Source: Octopus vulgaris
Taxonomy: Eukaryota
DNA: 64,000 bases
Reading direction: 5' to 3'
Assembly (NCBI GenBank): GCA_951406725.2
Contig: OX597823.1
Span: 77,004,001-77,068,000 of the forward strand
The position numbers and the translations under genes were made by a program. Shown here in pieces: positions 1 through 11,529 of this stretch. The notes under the pieces were generated by a model, which saw only the letters and a list, made by a program, of their open reading frames with translations, had not been told where the DNA came from and ran no database searches. Numbering within the stretch: position 1 is the stretch's first letter; each line of letters starts with the position of its first letter.

Positions 1-310
1 GGTCGACTTTGCCTTTCATCCTTTCGGGGTCAATAAATTAAGTGCCAGTTACGCACTGGGGTCGATATAATCGACTTAATCCGTTTGTTTGTCCTTGTTT
101 GTCCCCTCTGTATTTAGTCCCTTGTGGGTAGTAAAGAAATAGGTATTTCGTCTGTCTTTATATTCTGAGTTCAAATTCCGCCAGTGTCGAATATGCCTTT
201 CATCCTTTTGGGGTCGATAAATTAAGTACCAGTTGCATACTAGGAGCGATCTAATTGACTGACCCTCACCCCTACAAAATTTCAGAACTTGTGCCTTGGT
301 TAGAAAATAT
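1..310 (+). mobile_element. SINE family B (Meta-domain-like), two adjacent partial copies
   Basis: GCCTTTCATCCTTT(C/T)GGGGTC(A/G)ATAAATTAAGT(G/A)CCAGTT core occurs twice; the same core recurs many times in the window. Confidence 0.8.
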
Positions 311-444
311 ATTGTGACAGAGAATATAGAAAGAAGGGTAAAACTGATGACAATATAATCCAACCAAAATATCTGTTACACAAACGTAAATAGAATTACT
401 ATTTAACCCTCTTTGTTTAGTAGCACGGAATGTTTTTCTTGTAT

Positions 445-665
445 TCTTTTACTTGTTTCAGTTATTTTACTGTGACCATGCTGGAGCACCACCATTTAGT
501 CAAAGAAATTAACCCTTGGACATATTCCCTGTAAGCCTGGTGTTTATTCTATCAGTCTCTTCTGTTGAACAGCCAAGTTACAGGGATGCAAACACACCGA
601 CATCAGTTGTCAAGCAATGGTGATGTAGGGACAAACACAGACACGTTCATATATGTGTGTGTGTG
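445..665 (-). mobile_element. tRNA-derived SINE family A, 3' half
   Basis: Matches the 3' half of the full copy at 54941-55337 (TACTTGTTTCAGT...ATGCTGGAGCACC...GACAAACACAGAC). Confidence 0.8.
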
Positions 666-1402
666 TCTTTTAGTTTTTGTTTGCTTATACACATCAACAA
701 ATAAGCCAACTGAACAACTCTGTGTGGTTGTTCAATTTGCTAGAAATAACAGTCAGATCACTCTTATACTATGTTAGTATTAAGGAAAGAGAAAAACTAG
801 AATTAATATTATTCCTTTTGTTCGGCACTATGAATTTAATCTATTGTATCTATTACTTGATACAAGAAAAAAGAAATTGGAAAAATCCTGACCAAAACAG
901 AGAAATTGTAACACAAAAAATATTTAGAATGAGAAAGAAAAGCCAGATGTCTTTTAGTTTAGGTGTAATTTTATAGTTAAAACAAATTAAAAATTTAAAT
1001 TTTGGTACATGAGACTTAACATGTTATCTGGTGTATGGCCAAATTCAAATGGGTAAAAGACCTAAAACAAATGTGTGTGTGTTGTGTGTATGCATGTGTG
1101 TGTGGTGTGTGAGTGTGTGTGTGTGGTTAGGCTTTTAATAGACGGGTCAATTTCACTTCAGTTGTAGAAAGGAATTCAAAGGAATTCAGCCACTCTCTCT
1201 TTCTCACTTTCTCTCTCCCTTGCATCAACTTTAAGTATCTTAATTTTCCTATTAAGATTATTACTGCTTCAGTGCACCAGTAAGCATGGGTGTTGAGAAG
1301 CAGTAATACAACACATAGGTGGTGGTTTCAAATCTCTTCTAAAAATTACAAGAGATCTAGTTAAAAAATTTTATTGAAACAACAAAATTTCTTTCTCTTA
1401 AG

Positions 1403-1419
1403 CATGACACATGCATCAG
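1403..1419 (+). CDS. candidate 17-nt microexon
   Basis: Acceptor TTTCTTTCTCTTAAG and consensus donor CAG|GTAAGT; reads ATG ACA CAT GCA TCA G and joins in frame to 3946. Confidence 0.3.
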
Positions 1420-1516
1420 GTAAGTACAAATAACCAATTGGTTTGTTAGTATTATTGATGAAGCTGATGATACTCACATGCATATATAACATAATGTGAT
1501 ATTATATATATATATA

Positions 1517-2048
1517 CAAGCAAAATGCTCCCCACCCACTGTCCAATGGACAGTGCTGAGTTGTCAAACATTTAAACCAAATTTTCTCAAAACAACTTGT
1601 CCGACCGTCCCATTGGTCTCCCCTTTGAGCAACACTGATTTAACCTAAATTTGAGGTACCAGCAAAAGAAGAAATAACGATAGACTTTTTTTCTATTCCA
1701 AAGAAAAACGATTTTATTCACACAAATATGCAACTGAAGAGTTTAAAGTACCAGTAATGATAAGGCTGTTGACTGGGAGAACACAAACATGGTTTAAACA
1801 GTAAGCTTGGCAGGAAAGAAACATGCCTTTAAGCAGTACAAAAACAGCAAAAATTGGAAAGTGTAGTTATGTACAGGTTGACGGAAGAAAAGCAGGACAA
1901 AAACGGCTTTATCAATCGCATTCTCACCTGGAATCGATTTTTGTAATTTTTTCAAGACTTATACACGCCCTGATACCGTCGGTATCTACATATCAAATTT
2001 GAGCACAATCAGATGGAGGATGCCCAAGAACGGATTTTATATAAGAGA
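1517..2048 (-). mobile_element. non-autonomous Helitron-like element
   Basis: Minus strand begins TCTCTTATATAAAA; subterminal hairpin CACTGTCCATTGGACAGTG; degenerate CTTG end next to (TA)n. Confidence 0.55.
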
Positions 2049-2062
2049 TATGTGTGTGTTTA

Positions 2063-2442
2063 CACTACCGTCAGAAATTAATTAGCACCCTTGATTTGCT
2101 CTTCACTCAAGGTATGTGCTGTCACCTAGTGGCCATATCTCGAACTATTGCTTTGTTGCGAGTTCACTGTTGCGCAGAACGATGACGTAACTTTGTTTGC
2201 AGAGCAGTTTGAGAGTCTACAGCCTTATGATGTTGACATAGCAGTGCAACAACAACTTGGAGTGTGGATGCAGACAAATCTTCCTTTGTTTAATAGATAT
2301 ATGTAGCGCCTCACAAAGACCGAAATTACACCATACTAAGTTTTCTCATCGCGTAAGACGTTTTGAACAGCTCATAGGTTAATTGATTTAACCTATTTAA
2401 TGTAGAAATTTGAGAAGTGCTAATTAATTTCTGACGCAAGTG
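2063..2442. mobile_element. Tc1/mariner-type MITE
   Basis: TIRs CACTACCGTCAGAAATTAATTAGCAC / GTGCTAATTAATTTCTGACGCAAGTG with TA on both flanks. Confidence 0.85.
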
Positions 2443-3399
2443 TATATATATATTATTGACATCATACGAATTTTATAAACATTCGAAAGAACATGGAATA
2501 ATTCTTTTTTGTGGGGAATATCTCAAAGCATGCTCATAAAACTATAACTAATAAGCATGTAAATATTGGGTTCAAAAACCCCTTTTGATAGAAAAGGTCA
2601 AAGCCTTTGAGACATTCACAAAAGAAGGATTACACACACACGCACATACATACATATATATAGTAGCTTTTTAAATGCTGGTGGGATATAGGATAACTTT
2701 CACCACATTATTCAATGTGCCTTAGATAGAAACAGGTTCTAAAGTAAAGTATTGCCATAAAGATTCTCTTGACACAACTTCAAGGAAAAGCTGAATGGAT
2801 AAGATGCAGCATTTTGAAATAGTTGAATGTCCTGTGATCTTCTTGCTTTCTATATCTTATGAGTCCTTCATTGCAATCTTGTGATAAAAAGGTGCTACAT
2901 CATAACTGATAAGGTTTAATTGGCTGAAACAGATAAACTATGCTATAATTTTTCTTCCTGGCTTTCTCCTTACCATGTAACATATGTCTCTTTCTTTCTT
3001 TCTCTCTCTCTCTCTTTTTAATTTATAGTTTCTTAAAATTCAGAAGTAGAAGTTTGAATATTGCTCTTGTATCATCTGCAGTTAACATACTCCTGTGCAT
3101 TCATATATAGAGAGATATATGCATATACACATACATGAATGCAGCTTCACAACCATGTAAATATAGATGCATATATATGTGTGTGTGTGTGTGTGTGTCT
3201 CTCTCTCTCTCTCTCTCGATCTATATATATATATATATATATATATACATACATATATTTCCCCTCATACAATAACATACTCACATACATACACATAATA
3301 TAATCATTCAACATCAGTCTTAAATACACATTTCTATATTTGTGTGCATCGGATTCTGTATTGTATGTGTGAGGATGCCTGAGGCGATCTCTCTATTTA

Positions 3400-3438
<39 letters not shown>

Positions 3439-3945
3439 GCACATATATGTGTGTGTGCATGTAGTTATGTCTATATATTCATACACATACACAAATATAT
3501 CCACACACATGAACTATGCTCGCAGGCACACCTGCACAGGTTCACCTCAAGTTATTTCATTTATCTCTCTTAACTTAGTACTCATTAAATGATATTTAAA
3601 TTAATTAATTTCATCTTTAATTCTGACATATTCATCAACACTATGTCATATCTAATAATTTACAATTTAATACAAAACACTTGATTTCTATTAATTTTCA
3701 TTTAAATTAATATTTTTACTATATGTACTTTTAGATTCATTTTATTTTATTTTTCATATATTTTTTCTGCATGCACTTGGTTATAACTCAAACGGTTGGA
3801 AATATTTTCTTTATTTTCCTTCTTATTATTATTTTACATGAGTGTGTGTCTGTATGTATCTATCTGCCTGCCTATCTTTCTCCCACTCTATATGTAACAT
3901 ATGGTATAATTATAAACAGGGCAAATTTTAGCCATTTCTTTGCAG

Positions 3946-4148
3946 AGTGGAAAAAAATTATGAACAACTTTAATCGATTTTCAAACCTTATTGGTTTCTC
4001 AGAGGAATCCAGAGAAACAAGCAGCCAAACTGTTAATATACTCAACAAATGCAGCAGTTACTCTGTGAAGGAGTCCCTGATTTCCATGCTGAAAGTGTTT
4101 AACATCACAAATACCAGCAGCCTGTCAATGTTATTGAAGTGTGATTAA
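3946..4148 (+). CDS. candidate terminal coding exon, unknown protein (weakly death-domain-like)
   Basis: Acceptor CATTTCTTTGCAG; non-repetitive open frame WKKIMNNFNRFSNLIGFSEE...MLLKCD ending TAA; AATAAA about 40 nt downstream. Confidence 0.35.
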
Positions 4149-5263
4149 GTGTATAACAAAAATACATAAAAGTAGAAAAATATATTTTAATAAAATGGGA
4201 AACGTTGAATTGAAATTGGAACGAGTTGGGCCAATCAATGCTTTGTGAGATCAGTAATAGTAATAGGCTTAGTTTTGTTTGTTTTTGTACGTATCTGTGG
4301 TGTGTGTCACACTTACTTTAAAGGAAGAGGTTAAAAGGTTGAAGGGAGAGGTACAAAGAGAGAGAGAATTACAACGTGAGAGAGAGGAGGGGCGGAGCAG
4401 GAGTTAGAGAGAAAGAGAAAGAGTGAGAGAGAGAGAGAGTGGTGACTGAAAGGAAAAATGGTTATCAGTAGTTTCAGAGTAGACTGATACATACATCGAA
4501 AGAAATGTAGATACATAGATCCAAAGATCTATGTAGAGACATAGACACATTGGTAAATCAAAGACAAATAACTACAGCAAATATTGGATGTCACTTTCAC
4601 TTTTCATTACCACACGAGGATAAAATTAACTCACAAGTAGTTGAGTATTCCACAGACATGCGCATCATTAACTTAGTTCTCAGGGAGATTCGGCCTCACA
4701 CAGAATGTGACAAGGCTGGCCCCTTTGAATTACAGCTACAACTCATTTTGGCCAGCTGAGTGGACTGGAGCAAGATAAACCTTCACGTGGTTAGAAGAAA
4801 ATGGAAAAAAATCCAATACAGGGGCAGGAAAATCTTTTTAGCATTGGGGCGACTATGGGTGTTAATCCGGTCCTAACAGCAGCCTATCTATCTGCCTATA
4901 TGTCTATCTGACAGTTATTCTGTCTGCCTTCCTCTCTCTCTCTCTTCCTCAGTAAATACCTGTGGCTGTTTCTGTTACTTTTCTACACTTGAAGGGAGAG
5001 GTAGAAATAAAAATAAAAATAGAAGGTGTTAAGCAGAGGAGATATACTTGAAGTGAGTGGTAAAGTGAAAGAGAGGAGGGACAGAGAGGGAGTAAGAGAG
5101 TAAGTGGTAATTGAAAGGAAGGTGGCATTGGTCTTGTCTTTTTAAATGTTTATCTGTCTTTTCAGAGTAGACAGATTCATAACCAAAGTAATTACTGGAT
5201 GTTACTTTTACTTTCCTACAGTATAATTAATTTATATAATTAATTTACAGTATAATTAATTCA

Positions 5264-5553
5264 CATAACAAGCTGTCGGTTATTTCTGTGACAACTTGAC
5301 AATTCACTTCGGATATCTTTGTGACCTCCGAAAATTTGCAGATTTTACATACACACATAAAACAGGTAAGAACAGATATGCAAGGCTTTTTGCTGGCATA
5401 ATTTCATTATATCTATATTCCACAATACATAAAAACATAAAAAGTACATAAAATATATAAAAACATAACACACATTACGGAGGTCATGGAGGTCATGAAG
5501 ATATCTGAAGTGAATTGTCAAGTTGACACGGACACAACCAAGGTCTTGTTATG
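5264..5553. mobile_element. unclassified MITE / fold-back element
   Basis: ~65-bp imperfect terminal inverted repeats (ACAACTTGACAATTCACTTCGGATATCTT / AAGATATCTGAAGTGAATTGTCAAGTTG). Confidence 0.75.
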
Positions 5554-5949
5554 GTTTTGTTGAGTTAAAACAAAGGAATGCCATTTACTGTATTCTATAT
5601 ACTGGGTCCTCAGCCAATATTGGATATTACTGTGTCACAATGTAGAAACATTTCTCATGGAATCAGCACACAATATACAGATGCTTACATTTTTAATGTT
5701 TTCCGTGAAGTTTTTACAGGTCCAGCTAGTATATGTAAATTTGAGTGTGTCTGTGTTTGTCCACCACCACCACCACCACTACCACTTAAAAATTGGTGTT
5801 CAGGTGTTTACAACCATGTAACTTAACAGTTTGGCAAAAGAGACCTATAGATAAGCACCAAGCTTAGAAAAGTAGCAGTGTTGATTTGTTTAACTAAAAT
5901 TTTTCAAGGTGGTGCCTCAGTATGGCTGCAAACTAATGACTGAAGCAGT

Positions 5950-6251
5950 TTGTTCCTTCTCGAGCCATGCCTGGCTCATAAGGGCCGGTTCCCTGGTTTC
6001 TTGGCATATAGGTTCCCCACCTGGATGGGACGGCAGTCCGTCGCAGCTGAGCTTCAAGATGCAGGAGGAAAGAGTGAGAGAAAGTTGTGGCAAAAGAGTC
6101 AGCAGAAGTTTTGCCATTACCTTCTGCCAGAGCTGCATGGAACTTAGGTGTTTCGCTCATAAGCACACACATTGCCCGGTCTGAAATCTGAACCCATGAT
6201 CCCTCGACCGTGAGTCCGCTGCTCTAACCACTAGGCCATGTGCCTCCACAA
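5950..6251 (-). mobile_element. tRNA-derived SINE family C (V-domain-like)
   Basis: A-box TGGCCTAGTGG, B-box-like GGTTCAGAT and GCGACGGACTG..GTCCCATCCAGG segment; second copy at 19630-19889. Confidence 0.8.
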
Positions 6252-7249
6252 TGAGTGAAGCAGGTAAATGTATAAAATAAAACAGAATGACAAAAGTAGG
6301 CATGGGTGAGAGACAAGATTTAAACTAAAATTTGAAATTAAAGGAAAATGCTTGAATTCTGAGTTGAGGAGAAAAATCAATGACATTGTTAATAAAAACA
6401 CAAAAATGGTCAAAGGTCCAAAATTATTTGGTAGATCATCCAGAAGATGGTAAGAACTGTTGTAAAAACACGTGTAATCCATGAAGGTGATAAAATAACT
6501 TAGATGGAGAAGGTGAAAGGCCAGATGTAACACACATGGTGCAGGAAAGATAGAAAATAGCTGAAGTAGTGAAAACTGGTCTATTTTGAGAGAAGAGTTA
6601 TCACTAAAGGGAGAGAAGCAGCAGGGGAAGATGGGGGGAGTGTTGGCAAGCTGAGGTGTAGCAGTCATGCAGAAGTGACAGGTTGAAGGGGAGAAAGAAA
6701 TGGGTGATTAAAAGCTATCAACCAAAACAAGGAGTGCCAAAGTGTAGAAGAACGCTGGTGTGAGTGTACCAGTGAAGATACGTATGTGTGTTCATATGTA
6801 TGTGTGTAGGGAAGTTGTGTGTTGATATGTGTATGTATGTGTGTGTTTCTGCGGGTGTTTGTGTATGTATGTGTGTCTGCGTACTGGTGTGTGTATCTGT
6901 GTATAAGTGAAAGATGGGAATAGCCACATATCGTAAGAGTATGTATAAGAATGTCAATGAGTGTGCTTGTGTGTGTGGGTGTGTATGTGTGCATGGTCAT
7001 ATGTAAGAAAAAATAGGTGTGAGTGAGTATGTGTGTGTTCACACACATGTGTGTATGTGTGTGTGTGTCAGAGATAATATGATAAGTGAACAGAGGTGTA
7101 TGTATATGCATGTATGAATGAAAGATGCGAATGCTTGGAGAAAGAATCACCATAGGGGAAGTGTTTTTATTCCGTCTACCATTTTCTTTCTTTTCTGCAC
7201 CTCATAAGTAATGTCTGGTTTGCATTTTTCTCAATCTTAGTTATATCAT

Positions 7250-7560
7250 CTCCTTCATAGATTGTACCAGTTCCTCCAACACCTCATACAATATTTTGAA
7301 CACTTCATCAAATTTTTTTAGACTTTGTAGCAGTTTTACTTTTCTTCTTGTTGCAGAATTCAAGCAGTTTTCTATCCATCTGGATTTTAATTTAAAGATT
7401 CCCACTTTGTTAAAACCTGTTTTTCCATCTCAGACTTCAATAGCACCATCCAAGTTGTTCTTGACTTCCCATGTGCTTCATCAAGACCTTTATTCCCAGA
7501 AACTTGCAAACACTCTCACCTCTTCACATACATAGTTTCACACCAGCTGTTTAACAATTA
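7250..7560 (+). pseudogene. possible decayed Penelope-like element reverse transcriptase fragment
   Basis: Translation (DCTSSS...NFF...FT...HLDFNLKI...KP...LYSQ) follows the motif order of the PLE RT C-terminal region; decayed hammerhead-like tail near 8125-8165. Confidence 0.35.
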
Positions 7561-7661
7561 CATACACATATACACACATATGCACACCAACATTCCACCC
7601 CCACAAAGCAATGTCACCATTCTTCCATATTTTCTTTGTCTATATTCATTCATAAAATAAA

Positions 7662-7890
7662 GTGCACCCTTTTAAAGCCTAACCAGGCTCATGGGCCCAG
7701 TTTCCTAGTTTCAATGGCATATGTGTTCCCCAGCTGGACGGGATGCCAGTCCATTGCAGCGTTACTCATTTTTGCCAACTGAGTGGACTGGAGCAATGTG
7801 AAATGAAGTGTTTTGCTCAAGAACACAACACGTCGCACAGTCCAGGAATCGAAACCACAATCTTATGATCATGATGCTGACACCCTAACC
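7662..7890 (-). mobile_element. tRNA-derived SINE with CORE-like and V-like domains
   Basis: A-box TGGCTTAGTGG, B-box-like GTTTCGATTCC, TGTTCTTGAGCAAAACAC and ATGGACTGGCATCCCGTCCAG. Confidence 0.75.
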
Positions 7891-8384
7891 ACTAAGCCAT
7901 GTGCCTCCACACATTCATTCATACATTATATTAACATACACACACCATTCCCACTTATATCCTCTCCCAGACACAGATTCATTCTGATATTTTCACCTAC
8001 ATAATTATCCCTTCCTTCCTTCTTATCACTTTCCATTGAACAGCATTCTCACTTGGTTACTAACCTTTCCTCTTCCATTTTCTCCCTTATTATTCCACTT
8101 TCTCACATGCTATATACTTCTCTCTTTTCTTTTGATGAAGGACAACTGCTCAAAATGTTAAAATGCTTTTTCTCCATTGAAGCATAATAGTAATTCTATA
8201 TTTGCAGAAACATTAGTCTTTCTGTGTATTGTCATTTTTAATGATTTTTGTCTTTACATTATATATTTAATGCTTACCCATTTCCTCTTGATTTGACCTC
8301 AGAACTTCAGTTCTGAACTTTGCTTTGGATTATCACCCAAAATACTGCATATATTCATATGTATCATATACATACATATTTGAA

Positions 8385-8890
8385 TATATGTGGTGGGGGT
8401 GCATAAATAGAGCTTTTACCTCTGTTGGCAACTGAAGGTTTCTCCCTCTGAGTGAAAGGAAGACTGTATGATGCATATGACCAGCAGTTCTGCATGGTAG
8501 CAAGACCTGGGTCCTGAATGCAGATGACATGCGAGGGCTAGCAAGGAATATGGCTAGTATGTTCTGCTAGATGTGCAATATAAGTGTAAATATGCAACAG
8601 AGTGCTAGTGTACTGAGAGAACAGTTAGTCATAAAGGGAATTAGATGCAGTGTGCAAGAGAGACGACTGCACTGGTTTCATCATGTGATCTAGATGGATG
8701 TCACCGGCTCCATAAAGGAATGGTTATCACTCAAAGTGGATGGAACTCGTGGAAGAGGGTGACCCAAGAAGACAAGAGTAAATAACTGAAGAATGATCTC
8801 AGGACACTGAAGATTATCGAGGACATGACAAAGGACTGAGATATCTGACACCTTGCTATATTCAAGAAGACCCATCCTCCACAGAAGAAA
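8385..8890 (+). mobile_element. RTE-clade LINE 3' ORF remnant
   Basis: Decayed translation VLHGSKTW...GIRCSVQERRLHWFHHV...LKVDGTRGRG*PKKT, typical of the RTE C-terminus. Confidence 0.8.
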
Positions 8891-8899
8891 CGTTAAATT

Positions 8900-9118
8900 G
8901 GTGCGACGTAAAAAGCGCCCAGTACATGCTGTAAAGCAGTTGGCATTAGGAAGGGAATCCAGGTTTAGAAACCAAGCCAAATCAGACTGGAACCTGTTGC
9001 AGCTCTCCTGCTTGCCAGATCCGGCCAAACCATCAAACCCAAGCCAGCATGGAAAATGGACATTAAAGGATGATGGTGGTGATGATGATAGTGATGATGA
9101 TGATGATGATGATGATGC
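8900..9118 (+). mobile_element. (GAT)n-tailed non-autonomous retroposon (RTE-type tail)
   Basis: TTGGCATTAGGAAGGG.ATCCAG...CCAGCATGGAAAATGGACATTAAA followed by (GAT)n; many related copies in the window. Confidence 0.8.
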
Positions 9119-9587
9119 ATAAGCACATATCTATATAACATTTGTTTGAAGTTGATGGCTTCCTCTGTTGGCTTCAGCTGACATAAACACGAACGACAAT
9201 ACTTAGTAGGTGGTTCATGAAACAAAAGCAATGGGTTGTTGAATTGTTTGATTTCCATTTTATTGGTTTTGGTCTGGTGATAAGATTCCCTGCAACCAAT
9301 ATAGATTGACAGGCCTCTAATGAATGGTCTCCTTTGGAAAAATGGTTTGTTTATCTATCATTCATATGGGAGGGGAGATATTATTTTAAAAGAACTTTTG
9401 GTAGCCAAGTGAATTACTATTTTGTGATGTTGCCTTGTATCTTAGCAATGTGTCCTAGCGATGTATCATAGCAATGTTACCAAGTATCTTAGCAATAATA
9501 TGATCCATGTGACCTGTATTATTGGTCGTGGGGACAGTTACCCTCTCTAAGGTCGAAATTTTTCAGAAAAAATTTGTAGACATGCCT

Positions 9588-9800
9588 GCATCATCATCAT
9601 CATCATCGTTTAACGTCCGTTTTCCATACTAGCATGGGTTGGATGATTCGACTATCTAAAGCTGGATGCCCTTCCTAATGCCAACCACTCCATGTGTGTA
9701 GTGGGTGCTTTTTATGTGCCACCGGCACAGGGGCCAGAGGAGGCTGGCAAACGGCCACGATCGGTTGGTACTTTTGCGTGTCACCGACAAAGACGCCAGT
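9588..9800 (-). mobile_element. (GAT)n-tailed retroposon
   Basis: (CAT)n then TTTAACGTCCGTTTTCCAT...GGATGCCCTTCCTAATGCCAACC. Confidence 0.8.
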
Positions 9801-10582
9801 AATTGAGACTATTTCATTCTATTTGTTCTGCATATTTTTTTTAAATAAATTTCTGTGCCTGTTTTCCATACTTGGTGAAAAGCCTCCGGTTTTCTTGGCA
9901 TATTTTCTATCTATTCTCTGTAATACTGGCACAGATTCCAGAAAATGAAACTGCAAACACTGTCATGAGTCTATCAATCAAATTTAATTCCTAGTCAGTT
10001 GTCATTTCCCTTTCACTTATAACACTAACACTCTTGATTAATGTGTTGGTGTCACACTCTCTTATTTTAGCCTGTTTACCTTCCTCTAAATCGTATCAGG
10101 CGGGGTTTTAAACAGCTGCAATCTCTATACAGATTCTAAATTTTCTCTATATTAGGATAGCGCTCTCATCACACTCAATTCTAGAAATATATACAATTTC
10201 AAATATAGTTTGAACTGCTATTAAAATACAAAACCATTTACTTAATAATAAAAACTCACCCAACAACATCCCTCAACCCTTTTGTTATAGTCATTCTGCC
10301 ATTCTGCCATTCTGTCATTCTGCCATCTGTTCTTTCTTATAACAATGGTATCTGCTGATTTTCTGAATATTTGCATAGAAATATCTATCTCAACCCGCTC
10401 CTCTTTCTTCCTGTTAATAAGTCATTTAATCACTCCTTCTGTCTCAGAACTGAAACCTTCTTGTCTGCCTTGCTTCCTGATTTTGGAAGTGATAAATAGT
10501 CTACAGACATAACACATCATACTTTTACTGATCTTAGTTATTGAAACTACGAAAGTAGTCACAATCTTCTAAAGTGTAGTAA

Positions 10583-10763
10583 ATTATATTATTTACATTA
10601 TTTACATTTGACGGATATTTGTACTCATCTTGTTTGTTGTTAACACAACTTTTCGGCTGATATACTCTCCAGCCTTCATCAGGTGTCTTGGGGAAATTTT
10701 AAACCTGGGTTCTCATTCCTAAGGTATTTTTCGATGTTCTTCTTCTTCTTCTTCTTCTTCTTC

Positions 10764-10811
<48 letters not shown>

Positions 10812-10888
10812 TCACTGCATGGAATTGAACTTGAAATCTTGGGGTTAGTAGCCCACGCTCTTAACCACTACGCCTTGTGCCCGTGGGC
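10583..10888 (-). mobile_element. tRNA-headed SINE-like element with Penelope-type hammerhead tail
   Basis: A-box 10865-10875, B-box ~10821-10832, (TAA)n(GAA)n linker, then a body shared with 28796-29247 and 55497-55580. Confidence 0.8.
10642..10687 (-). ncRNA. minimal type I hammerhead ribozyme motif (family 1)
   Basis: GACAC-CTGATGA-A-GGCTG-gagagtatat-CAGCC-GAAA-A-GTT-GTGTT: stem I, core, stem II and GAAA present; stem III position 15.2 is mutated in this copy. Confidence 0.7.
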
Positions 10889-11314
10889 TATTGTGTCATT
10901 ATATTCAAGCCAGGTGGTATTTGCTTTGTGTCTCTACATCTATACGGGCATATGGTATATTGGTTAAGAGTGTGAAAAGTGTGTGTGTATGTGTGTGTGT
11001 GTGTGTGTGTTTGTGTGTGTGTGTCAGAGGATGTACCCTCCACTACTGCTTAAAAACTGGTGTTAGTTTGTTTACATCCCTGTTACCTAGCATTTTGACA
11101 AAAGTTAATGATAGAATAAGTATCAGACATAAAAAAGGCCCGTTATTGATTCATTCAACTAAAATTTCATCAAGGTAGTGCACCAGCATGGCCACAGTCC
11201 AATGACTGAAACAAGCAAAAGATAAAAGATAAAAGATGCAATATTATTTAGATCAGTTGTTAATATTTTTCGATCCTTGACACAGTTAAAGGATATTAAA
11301 ACTCTTACAGTATA

Positions 11315-11529
11315 CAAAGAGTTGCTGGAAACTTCTTGGCTTTAAGAATATTGTAAAAGGTCTGGTTGGAGGCCCAAACTTCTGAGTTCTTCTACAGGGC
11401 TTAGAAAAACTGAAGGACCACTGTAATGAGTATGTGAATCTTAGAGGGAATATGTTGAATAAAATCATAATTAACTGATCTTCCTGTTTTTCTTTTATCC
11501 AAAGCCAGGAACTTTTCAGCGCCCCTTCA
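11315..11529 (+). mobile_element. internally deleted mariner element
   Basis: Degenerate TIRs (TGCTGGAAACTTCTTGGCTTT / AAAGCCAGGAACTTTTCAGCG); C-terminal transposase remnant LQGLEKLKDHCNEYVNLRG. Confidence 0.7.
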
